This document shows positions 55,738-63,781 of a DNA stretch of 64,000 nucleotides, one piece after another; the stretch's first letter is position 1; each line of letters opens with the position of its first letter. The position numbers and the translations under genes were made by a program. Under the pieces are notes generated by a model. That model was not told the DNA's origin and did no database searches. It saw nothing but the letters and a program-made list of their open reading frames with translations. The DNA is from an uncultured Candidatus Saccharibacteria bacterium (lineage in GTDB: Bacteria; Patescibacteriota; Saccharimonadia; Saccharimonadales; UBA4665): the NCBI GenBank assembly GCA_964499935.1, contig CAZCMS010000001.1, positions 674,452-738,451 on the forward strand. The letters run 5' to 3'.

Positions 55738-56205
55738 ATGCTGTCGTGTGATTGCCAGAAGGATAAGAGAGTTCACTACCCCAAGCCCAGTATGTGCGAC
55801 TCCCTGGCTCATGTCCTGTCAAAAGGTCACGTCATGGACGTGAAATACAGGAAGCGCATTGTATTGCTTCGTGGTAGCGAAGCCCCTTTTGCGGAGACCG
55901 TCGTCAACCTGAGTTATGCTGACGAGGGAATCTTCAAAGAACCCAGGTGGTATCTCGACCGTGACCCCAGCTTGACACCTGAAGGCGTGATCGCAGTTCG
56001 CGTGGAACGTGTTACAGAGATGAAGCTCTGCATTCCTTCTATGAGTAGGAATTTTGTAACGACCGTGCTGCCTGAGCCCAGTCGCGTATCACCTACGTTC
56101 TTCATCGATGGAACGTTGTGTCGCAATGGCGCTCGGCCTACCACCGTTCGAGATCGATACGGGAACGAGCACAAGTACGACCCCAAAAAGATGCGGGTCG
56201 TCTAG
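55738..56205 (+). CDS. Hypothetical protein (GC-rich cassette C)
   Basis: 155-aa ORF behind RBS AGGGGAAAG. GC-rich, with no recognisable family. Confidence 0.5.
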   Translation: MLSCDCQKDKRVHYPKPSMCDSLAHVLSKGHVMDVKYRKRIVLLRGSEAPFAETVVNLSYADEGIFKEPRWYLDRDPSLTPEGVIAVRVERVTEMKLCIPSMSRNFVTTVLPEPSRVSPTFFIDGTLCRNGARPTTVRDRYGNEHKYDPKKMRVV

Positions 56206-56290
56206 CTCTCCTAGCAGAGTTCGAGCAGCCCATTTCTCAAAATCACCAACCAGAAAGGATCCTCGAGCGAACTAGCAACAGACATAACTT

Positions 56291-56310
56291 CACGGTCTTT
56301 CCGTGTTTTC
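56291..56310 (+). terminator. Rho-independent terminator-like hairpin
   Basis: CACGG-TCTTT-CCGTG followed by TTTTC. Confidence 0.5.
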
Positions 56311-56341
56311 TTATACCCTACTGTACTGTCTGTTTGTCATG

Positions 56342-56399
56342 TTTCGCTCTGCAAATAAAAGAGTTGTACTGATGAGTCCTAGAGAGGACGAAAGCGATA
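56342..56399 (+). ncRNA. Type III hammerhead ribozyme (copy 2)
   Basis: UCGCU-C/UGCAA-9 nt-UUGUA/CUGAUGA/GUCC-UAGAGA-GGAC/GAA/AGCGA. Helix I has a G-U where copy 1 has A-U. Confidence 0.8.
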
Positions 56400-56461
56400 A
56401 CATATATCAAGACCAGACTATTCTTGCTGCTTATGCTATATTAAGTGTAGGTAACATTGGA

Positions 56462-57352
56462 ATGGGAAAGAAATATCTACTTTTTGTCGTAAGCTTTGTC
56501 GTGGCAACCACGGCTCTCATAACGACCCTTATACTCAACAGAGACAGTATTGCACTACTTAACCCCGAGGGCAAGATTGCAGGTCATCAGTATGATTTAC
56601 TCATGTTTGCTGTCGGACTCAGTCTTATAGTTATTATTCCTGTTTTTATACTCGCATTTTATGTTCTTTGGAAATACAACGAAAACAACAAAAAAGTTCA
56701 GTACACCCCCTTATGGGATCATAATCACAGACTAGAACTTCTCTGGTGGGGCGTTCCTATTGTATTAGTAGTGATTCTGGCAGTCATTACATTTAAAAGT
56801 TCACACGATCTCGACCCTTACAAAGCAATTCAGTCCAACAAAGAACCTGTCACTATTCAAGTGATTGCGCTCGAATGGAAATGGCTATTTATCTACCCTG
56901 AGCAAAAGATTGCTACCGTCAATCACATTACTATTCCCGAAAATCGACCAATCAACTTTAGAATCACCGCCGACGCACCAATGAACTCATTTTGGATACC
57001 AAAGCTTGGCGGACAAGTCTATGCTATGTCAGGTATGGAAACCAAACTACATCTTATGGCGGATAAACCCGGAACATACAAAGGCGTCGCTGCTAATCTA
57101 AGCGGAGAAGGGCATGCAGGCATGAAATTTACTGTAGACTCAGTATCTGATGGAGATTTTGGTACATGGATAAATACCGTTAGGCAAAGTCAGGATTTTC
57201 TAGACACAAAGACGTATGAAGAACTCGCCAAGAAGAGCAAAAACAACCCTAAAGCCTATTACTCCCAAGTCCAACCTACACTTTACAATGATATTTTAAA
57301 TAAATATATGCCGGCAAAATCCGAGCAAGAAGATAATCACAAAGGACACTAA
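56462..57352 (+). CDS. cyoA: Quinol oxidase subunit II
   Basis: Two N-terminal TM helices and a cupredoxin domain. The CuA Cys ligands are absent (ANLSGEGHAGMKF), as in quinol oxidases. Start moved to ATG 56462 because the longer track ORF runs through the ribozyme. Confidence 0.8.
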   Translation: MGKKYLLFVVSFVVATTALITTLILNRDSIALLNPEGKIAGHQYDLLMFAVGLSLIVIIPVFILAFYVLWKYNENNKKVQYTPLWDHNHRLELLWWGVPIVLVVILAVITFKSSHDLDPYKAIQSNKEPVTIQVIALEWKWLFIYPEQKIATVNHITIPENRPINFRITADAPMNSFWIPKLGGQVYAMSGMETKLHLMADKPGTYKGVAANLSGEGHAGMKFTVDSVSDGDFGTWINTVRQSQDFLDTKTYEELAKKSKNNPKAYYSQVQPTLYNDILNKYMPAKSEQEDNHKGH

Positions 57353-57361
57353 GAGGTAGCT

Positions 57362-59320
57362 ATGCTAGGAAGACTTACATTAGATGCGATACCACACGAT
57401 ATAGTGGTACTGGGAGCAGGGTTGTCGATGATTGGCATGGGCCTCACTGCCGTAGCGATTGTAACGTATCTAAAAAAATGGAAATGGCTCTGGAAAAACT
57501 GGCTCACCTCGCTCGACCCAAAGAAAATTGGCATTATGTATGCAGTAGTTGCAGGCCTCATGCTCCTTCGTGGCGCTGCCGATGCATTTATGATGCGCAT
57601 ACAACAGGTTGTAGGAGTAGGTGATTCACAAGGCTTTTTATCCTCCGATCACTTCCAACAAGTCTTTTCGGCCCACGGTACTATCATGATTTTCTTTGTA
57701 GCTATGGGTTTTATATTTGCCCTTATGAACCTTATCGTACCACTTCAGATTGGCGCACGAGATGTTGCATTTCCGTTCTTAAATTCGGTTAGTTTCTGGC
57801 TGTTTGTAGCAGGTATGGCCCTTATGAATTTGTCGCTCATTGTTGGTGAATTTTCGGCAGCTGGCTGGCTGGCATATCCGCCGTTATCAGGGCTGGAATA
57901 CAGTCCTGGCGTAGGCGTCGATTATTGGATATGGGCATTACAGATCGCAGGTATTGGTAGCTTGCTTTCTGGGGTTAACTTCTTTGCCACTATTATTAAA
58001 ATGCGCGCACCTGGTATGACACTTATGAAAATGCCGATTTTTGTCTGGAGTGTACTTGGGAGCGTTATTCTTATCATGGCTGCATTCCCAATCTTAACTG
58101 CAACACTTGCAATGCTCTCCTTGGATCGCTTAATGGGTATGCATTTCTTCACCTCGGACTTAGGGGGCAATCCTATGCTATACGTTAACCTTATATGGGC
58201 CTGGGGACACCCTGAGGTATACATTCTTATACTTCCACTGTTCGGCGTTTTTTCAGAAATTGTTGCCACATTCTCTCGCAAACGCTTGTTTGGCTATACC
58301 TCGATGGTTGTAGCGCTCATGGCAATTACATTCTTATCGTTCACTGTATGGCTCCACCACTTCTTCACCATGGGAGGAGGTGCGAATGTGAATGCATTCT
58401 TTGGCATAATGACCATGATTATTGCCATACCAACAGGAGTGAAAGTCTTTAATTGGCTCTTTACTATGTACCGCGGACGAGTACAATTCAAAACACCAAT
58501 GCTGTGGTTTATGGGTTTTGTTACCACCTTTACTATTGGTGGTGTAACCGGCGTACTTATGTCGGTGCCAGCAATCGATTTCCAGATGCACAACAGCCTC
58601 TTTTTGGTCGCACATTTCCACAATATGATCATTGGTGGAGTAGTGTTTGGCATCTTTGCTGCACTTACGTATTGGTGGCCGAAGTTCACTGGATTCACGC
58701 TCAATGAAAGAATTGGCACCTACGCATTTTGGTGCTGGGAAATCGGTTTCTTGCTCGCATTCTTGCCTCTGTATGCGCTTGGTATGATGGGCGCCACCCG
58801 ACGGCTTGATCACTACGATGCGTCATTAGGTTGGCAATGGCTGTTTATTGTAGCAGCAGTAGGTGTAGTAGTTATTGGAATGGGCATTGCATTACAGCTT
58901 TGGCAAATTACATATAGTATTCTAAAACGAAACGAAAACAGAGTAGGCAATGATCCATGGAATGGTCGCACGCTCGAATGGGCAACTACCTCGCCTCCAC
59001 AGCATTACAATTTCCCGGTCACACCCAAAGTTTCAACCCGTGATGCATGGTGGGAGATAAAGCACAGCAAAAACAAACCTCATAAAACCAGTGAGGATAT
59101 TATTATGCCAAATAATACAGGGGCAGGGGTGTTTATTGCAGGATTCAGCCTCGTAATCGGTTTTGCGCTCATTTGGCATATCTGGTGGCTGGCAATTGTG
59201 GGACTTATTGGTGGGCTTGCAACAGTGATAATCAGACTATCCAACGACGATATCGAACACGTAATTCCTGCAAAAGAGATTGCGCATGAAGAAGCAGCGA
59301 TCAAGGGGGCAAAGGCATGA
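57362..59320 (+). CDS. cyoB: Heme-copper quinol oxidase subunit I
   Basis: 652 aa with conserved [10 protein letters not shown] and HHFFTMG motifs. Confidence 0.95.
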   Translation: MLGRLTLDAIPHDIVVLGAGLSMIGMGLTAVAIVTYLKKWKWLWKNWLTSLDPKKIGIMYAVVAGLMLLRGAADAFMMRIQQVVGVGDSQGFLSSDHFQQVFSAHGTIMIFFVAMGFIFALMNLIVPLQIGARDVAFPFLNSVSFWLFVAGMALMNLSLIVGEFSAAGWLAYPPLSGLEYSPGVGVDYWIWALQIAGIGSLLSGVNFFATIIKMRAPGMTLMKMPIFVWSVLGSVILIMAAFPILTATLAMLSLDRLMGMHFFTSDLGGNPMLYVNLIWAWGHPEVYILILPLFGVFSEIVATFSRKRLFGYTSMVVALMAITFLSFTVWLHHFFTMGGGANVNAFFGIMTMIIAIPTGVKVFNWLFTMYRGRVQFKTPMLWFMGFVTTFTIGGVTGVLMSVPAIDFQMHNSLFLVAHFHNMIIGGVVFGIFAALTYWWPKFTGFTLNERIGTYAFWCWEIGFLLAFLPLYALGMMGATRRLDHYDASLGWQWLFIVAAVGVVVIGMGIALQLWQITYSILKRNENRVGNDPWNGRTLEWATTSPPQHYNFPVTPKVSTRDAWWEIKHSKNKPHKTSEDIIMPNNTGAGVFIAGFSLVIGFALIWHIWWLAIVGLIGGLATVIIRLSNDDIEHVIPAKEIAHEEAAIKGAKA

Positions 59321-59907
59321 GTAATCACATGGATCATAACCATCAGCAAGCAACCACAGAAAAATCCTTGTTTGGCTTCTGGACCTACCTAATGACCGAC
59401 TTGATACTCTTTGCGACACTCTTTGCTACCTACGTCGTACTTCGCAATAATACGTACGACGGACCATCGGGCAAAGATATTTTTGACATGCCGTTTGTAC
59501 TAACTGAAACGATGATATTGTTGGCTAGCAGCTTTACAATTGGTATCGCTATGCTTGCTGCATACAAAAACCAGGTACGCACTGCACTTGGCTTCCTCTT
59601 CATAACCTTCTTGCTTGGTGCTGCGTTCTTGGGAATGGAATTATATGAATTCCAGCACCTTGTACACGAAGGCTATGGCTGGAAGGCAAGCGCATTCCTG
59701 TCGGCGTTCTTTACGCTTGTAGGTACACACGGACTGCACATTCTTGCAGGTCTTATTTGGTCGGTTGTTTTGATGGTGCAAATTGCTAAACGAAAACTCA
59801 CCGTTCATACAACCCGACGCCTTGCACTCTTTAGCTTGTTTTGGCATTTCTTAGATATCGTATGGATATTTATTTTTACCATCGTTTACTTACAGGGGGT
59901 ACTGTAA
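59317..59907 (+). CDS. cyoC: Quinol oxidase subunit III
   Basis: 196 aa with 5 TM helices and [10 protein letters not shown] near the C-terminus. Overlaps cyoB by 4 nt. Confidence 0.9.
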   Translation: MSNHMDHNHQQATTEKSLFGFWTYLMTDLILFATLFATYVVLRNNTYDGPSGKDIFDMPFVLTETMILLASSFTIGIAMLAAYKNQVRTALGFLFITFLLGAAFLGMELYEFQHLVHEGYGWKASAFLSAFFTLVGTHGLHILAGLIWSVVLMVQIAKRKLTVHTTRRLALFSLFWHFLDIVWIFIFTIVYLQGVL

Positions 59908-60287
59908 TGAGTAAAAACAATACTACACAACAAAACGCTCAATACCACGGCAGTGTACACACCTATATTATAGGTTTTGTTGGCTCGGTGATCTTTACGC
60001 TTGCTGCATATTATATGGTGGTCAGCGAACGCTTTAGCTACACTACCGCGCTTACAGCAATCACTATTCTTGCGGTTGCACAATTGCTCATACAATTAGT
60101 ATTCTTCTTGCACCTTGGTAAAGAGTCAAAACCACGCTGGAATGCGATGGTATTTTCATTCATGCTACTCGTTGTTGGTATCGTAGTAATTGGCTCAATA
60201 TGGGTTATGAATAATCTGCATTACAACATGATGCCATCGCAAGAAATAGACAAAAAGATGGAGTACGAAAGCCAAAAAGGCTTCTAG
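59907..60287 (+). CDS. cyoD: Quinol oxidase subunit IV
   Basis: 126 aa with 3 TM helices. The internal ATG overlaps the cyoC stop (TAATG). Confidence 0.75.
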   Translation: MSKNNTTQQNAQYHGSVHTYIIGFVGSVIFTLAAYYMVVSERFSYTTALTAITILAVAQLLIQLVFFLHLGKESKPRWNAMVFSFMLLVVGIVVIGSIWVMNNLHYNMMPSQEIDKKMEYESQKGF

Positions 60288-60292
60288 CAAGC

Positions 60293-61156
60293 ATGTTGCG
60301 TCTGCGAGAATATTATTTATTAACCAAGCCTGGTATTATTCGTGGCAACCTTATGACCGCTGCTGCTGGGTTCTTTTTTGCTAGCCAAGGAAACTTTGAT
60401 TGGTGGCTAGGCGCAGCGGTCTTATCAGGAACTGCGCTCGTCATTGCATCGGGGTGTGTTTTCAATAACTACCTTGATCGTGGTATTGACAAAAAAATGG
60501 CACGCACCCAGGGTAGAGTGCTCGTAACAGGTGCTATCTCTGCAAAAGCTGCGCTAACATTTGCCACAACTTTAGCCACTATCGGATTCGTAATATTGGC
60601 ACTGTACACAAATTACCTTACTGTTTTTATAGGCATAGTTGGGATTGTAGATTACGTTATTTTATATGGCTACGCCAAGCGCCACTCTGTCCACAGTACA
60701 CTCATTGGCGGAGTTTCTGGGTCTACAGCGCTGGTGGCAGGATATGTTGCTGTTACAGGCAGTCTTGATGTCGTAGCGCTGTTACTGTTTCTAATCATGG
60801 CGTTTTGGCAGATGCCACATTTTTATGCGATTGGCGTGTATCGAAAAAAAGATTACACTGCAGCCGGCTTACCTATTTTACCTGTAAAAAAGGGTGTTCT
60901 AGATACTAAAAGACAAACGCTTGTCTATATTATCGGCTACATTATCACTGCTGGTCTGCTTGGTGTATTGGGCTATACCGGCTATACATATCTTCTCATC
61001 ATGACCGCACTTGGGCTGTGGTGGCTTATTGTCGCACTGCAAGGATTCAAGCCTAAAACCGATGACATAAAGTGGGGTCATAAGATATTTGGTATATCGC
61101 TTTTGATACTTATGGCGTTCTCTTTGCTGATTTCACTCGATTGGCTGCTGCCATAA
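60293..61156 (+). CDS. cyoE: Protoheme IX farnesyltransferase (heme O synthase)
   Basis: 287 aa UbiA-family protein. Motifs NNYLDRGIDKKMARTQGR and WQMPHF. Confidence 0.9.
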   Translation: MLRLREYYLLTKPGIIRGNLMTAAAGFFFASQGNFDWWLGAAVLSGTALVIASGCVFNNYLDRGIDKKMARTQGRVLVTGAISAKAALTFATTLATIGFVILALYTNYLTVFIGIVGIVDYVILYGYAKRHSVHSTLIGGVSGSTALVAGYVAVTGSLDVVALLLFLIMAFWQMPHFYAIGVYRKKDYTAAGLPILPVKKGVLDTKRQTLVYIIGYIITAGLLGVLGYTGYTYLLIMTALGLWWLIVALQGFKPKTDDIKWGHKIFGISLLILMAFSLLISLDWLLP

Positions 61157-61168
61157 TAGTCTTGTTTT

Positions 61169-61225
61169 TTTCGCTTTCGTCCTCTCTAGGACTCATCAGT
61201 ACAACTAAATATTTGTAGAGCGAAT
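61169..61225 (-). ncRNA. Type III hammerhead ribozyme (copy 3)
   Basis: The minus strand reads AUUCGCU-C/UACAA-8 nt-UUGUA/CUGAUGA/GUCC-UAGAGA-GGAC/GAA/AGCGAA. It lies 13 nt from the cyoE stop on the opposite strand. Confidence 0.85.
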
Positions 61226-61243
61226 ATGACAAACAGACAAAAG

Positions 61244-61263
61244 AAAAACACACGGAAACCGTG
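61244..61263 (-). terminator. Rho-independent terminator-like hairpin
   Basis: Minus strand CACGG-TTT-CCGTG followed by TGTTTTT, downstream of the 61323-62078 gene. Confidence 0.5.
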
Positions 61264-61322
61264 CGAATTAGAGAAAGCCTAGCGTCATACTCGCAGTAAC
61301 GCATATTGCTAAACCCAAAGAG

Positions 61323-62078
61323 TCAGCGAACCGTGTATAGATAGGGCTGTACGCTATAAGGCGTCGTAACGATAGCTTCGCTATCGTTCCAGCCAACATA
61401 TTGCCTCAGTGCGCTCATCACCGTATCGTGATGTGCGATTCGATCGTGCTCTCGATTAGCGACAATCCACACGTCGCGACCAGAGATCCTCACAGAACGG
61501 ATAGCCCCTGTGTCCGCCAAAAGCAAGCGCAAGCGCACCCACCCAAGACCACCGGCCTCGTACTGCACATTCGGCGCAATCTCCGAAGCCATGTCGGGGC
61601 CGAGCTCCAGGGAAAACCGGTACTGTCTCGTGTAACCCGAGAACAACGAACCAGGGTAGTCGACCCAGCTGATACTCCGAGCGACCTCAGAGACCTCTGC
61701 CTTCGTATAACAGTACGACTGTGTCGGTTGCTGTGGCAGTCGATCCATAATCAAGAGCGCGTTGACGCGATCAGCGATCGCACGAAGATACTCAAGTGCT
61801 TCTTCGCACTCGAATACATCGTTCGCAATCGTTACGCGGAGCGCTTGTGCGTTGACTTCGATCGTGTCGACGTGAGCAAGCTCCTTGAAGAGCATACGAA
61901 CAAACATCAACGGCTGGCGATCCATGAGAGCCATATGAGCCGGATCCTGCATATCGACACGCCGAATCTTACACGGCGTACTGTCGGGCGGAAAAATTCC
62001 CTGAGGAACGAAAAAACTCACCTCATTTCTGGCAATCTCGATCAGAATCTTCACGGTATTATTGGTCATAACAGACAT
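61323..62078 (-). CDS. Hypothetical protein (GC-rich cassette D)
   Basis: ORF with start set at the internal ATG (MSVMTNN) behind GGAGAAAG. GC-rich, with no recognisable family. Confidence 0.5.
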   Translation of the reverse strand: MSVMTNNTVKILIEIARNEVSFFVPQGIFPPDSTPCKIRRVDMQDPAHMALMDRQPLMFVRMLFKELAHVDTIEVNAQALRVTIANDVFECEEALEYLRAIADRVNALLIMDRLPQQPTQSYCYTKAEVSEVARSISWVDYPGSLFSGYTRQYRFSLELGPDMASEIAPNVQYEAGGLGWVRLRLLLADTGAIRSVRISGRDVWIVANREHDRIAHHDTVMSALRQYVGWNDSEAIVTTPYSVQPYLYTVR

Positions 62079-62156
62079 ACTGTTCTTTCTCCAAACCTGT
62101 GGCACAATACCCTCCTACAACTGTAGGAGCTGTGTTTTTCTGTAACACATCACAAG

Positions 62157-62212
62157 ATAAGGTATCGTCACTTAAGTTAATTATCATAAAAACTTAAGCA
62201 GCCATACCTTAC
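62157..62212. repeat. Long inverted repeat (cassette D 5' hairpin)
   Basis: AAGGTAT / ATACCTT and CTTAAGT / ACTTAAG arms. On the minus strand, ACGAGGTAAGGTAT...GATACCTTATCTTGTG parallels cassette C. Confidence 0.7.
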
Positions 62213-62347
62213 CTCGTATTGGTGCTATCTGATTGTCAATATACATTCTTGGAGTTACCTCAACAAAGAATATGTATATTATATACTATAATAAATGTAA
62301 CAGCAAAAAAGCGTGTACTTTATATTCATAAGCGCTATAATATAGAT

Positions 62348-62599
62348 ATGATCTTAGTACTTCACATCACTATTGCGCTCGCAAGCATCATATACACCTC
62401 CATGACATATATTTCACCAACGAAAGGCAAGGTTCAAACCTCATCCGGCCTAGCTGCATTAACACTACTAACAGGCACTGTGCTCGTTATCAGCACACAC
62501 AGTGCTCTACTGCAGGCATGCGCTACCGGAGTCACTTATCTCGCTATAGTATCGGTAGGCATTATTGCAGCGGACCGTAAACTCAAACGTTCTCATTAG
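62348..62599 (+). CDS. Small hypothetical membrane protein (83 aa)
   Basis: Internal ATG directly after TATAAT. Three hydrophobic segments. Confidence 0.4.
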   Translation: MILVLHITIALASIIYTSMTYISPTKGKVQTSSGLAALTLLTGTVLVISTHSALLQACATGVTYLAIVSVGIIAADRKLKRSH

Positions 62600-62816
62600 A
62601 ACTTGCATAAAATACCTATCTCTATCACCTGCGGTAAAAAAGATACGCATTCTATACGCTCAATATAGGGAAAAACGACAAGCAGGCACAAATACACAGA
62701 GAGAAAACACACCAGGATAGGCGAGAATCAAACATGTTATCATGCCTACTTGTTGCTTGCCCTAGCAACGAGCAACCTTTTGCACAAAGGTTAGCCAAAG
62801 CTAATACCAAGGACGA

Positions 62817-63290
62817 TCAGCTCAAGCTGATGGCGATTCCCTGACCACCCAGGAGGAGACGCTGGTAAAGACCTTGCTGCGACTCATCGCCACGCGTCGT
62901 GATACCCGTAGTCGACTTGACGTCTTCGCCAACCTGCTGCAGAAGCCCCATATAGAGCCACGCCTGCACCACGAAATAGGCATTCTCGAAAGGGATAGCG
63001 AACTCGCCGATAGAGACATATACCTCCGCGACAAACTCGGTCTCCATAATGACCAACGAGAAATCACGCGAATCAGACACAGACTGATCGGACATGTTCG
63101 GGGAGCAGTCATGCGAAATGCAGTGCAATTCGTTGGCGAGCCCCTCAGCAATCTCGGAGAAAACCTCCTCCAAACGATCCTTCGTAAACCGACCCGAGGC
63201 CGACGTAGACAGCTTGATCGAAACCTCACCACCATGACCAAACTTGATGGTGGTCTCCGCGAAAACCTGCTCCGGTACCGAAGTAGACAT
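62817..63290 (-). CDS. Hypothetical acidic protein (GC-rich cassette E)
   Basis: 157-aa ORF behind the strong RBS GGGAGGAGAG. Competing frames on both strands lack an RBS. Confidence 0.55.
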   Translation of the reverse strand: MSTSVPEQVFAETTIKFGHGGEVSIKLSTSASGRFTKDRLEEVFSEIAEGLANELHCISHDCSPNMSDQSVSDSRDFSLVIMETEFVAEVYVSIGEFAIPFENAYFVVQAWLYMGLLQQVGEDVKSTTGITTRGDESQQGLYQRLLLGGQGIAISLS

Positions 63291-63372
63291 ATGTTCTCTC
63301 CTCCCTATAAGGGAATCGTTTCTCCATTACCACCCAAATGGGCGCCAGATTCTTGTGTTTTTCGTACTGCTA

Positions 63373-63427
63373 CACGAGAATGAGGAAAGAACCCAGAAAA
63401 CTTGCTGAATTTTTTCCTCGTCTCGTG
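63373..63427. repeat. Long inverted repeat (cassette E 5' hairpin)
   Basis: CACGAGAATGAGGAAA / TTTCCTCGTCTCGTG arms with a loop of about 24 nt, 83 nt upstream of the 63290 start. Confidence 0.7.
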
Positions 63428-63781
63428 CAGGCTATTATATACCTGCTTGTCAAAATACGTCTTTGGAGTTGCCTCAACAAAGATTAAACATAATTTTATA
63501 ACTTTAATAGTGTTGTGTCAAGTATATTTTAGGGATCTCTTGAGGCTCTTGCTCTCTTTCGGTTTTGTTATATATAGCACCTAAACATTGCATTATTAAC
63601 ATTTTTATGATATAATTTATGCACTTTGTAGAGTGTTGTGGCATTGGCTCATTACTCCGAAGTACATTAACAGATCTCTGTCTATTGAGTTAGGCTACCG
63701 TTTTGGCCGGCAACATATATATGATCGAACTTTTCATTGTATGTATTTTGCCCGCCAAAACAACAAAGGAGCAGTGGCGAC

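Noticed and set aside
56303-56461. N-terminal extension of cyoA in the ORF track.
   Set aside because: The extension spans the hammerhead and a promoter-like sequence. Its residues are not CyoA-like, and MGKKYLLF followed by a TM helix is a typical start.
62822-63383. Alternative long ORFs (139 aa minus strand, 169 aa plus strand) overlap the 157-aa gene.
   Set aside because: Only the 62817-63290 frame has a strong RBS (GGGAGGAGAG) at the right spacing. The others are Arg-rich frames typical of off-frame GC-rich sequence.
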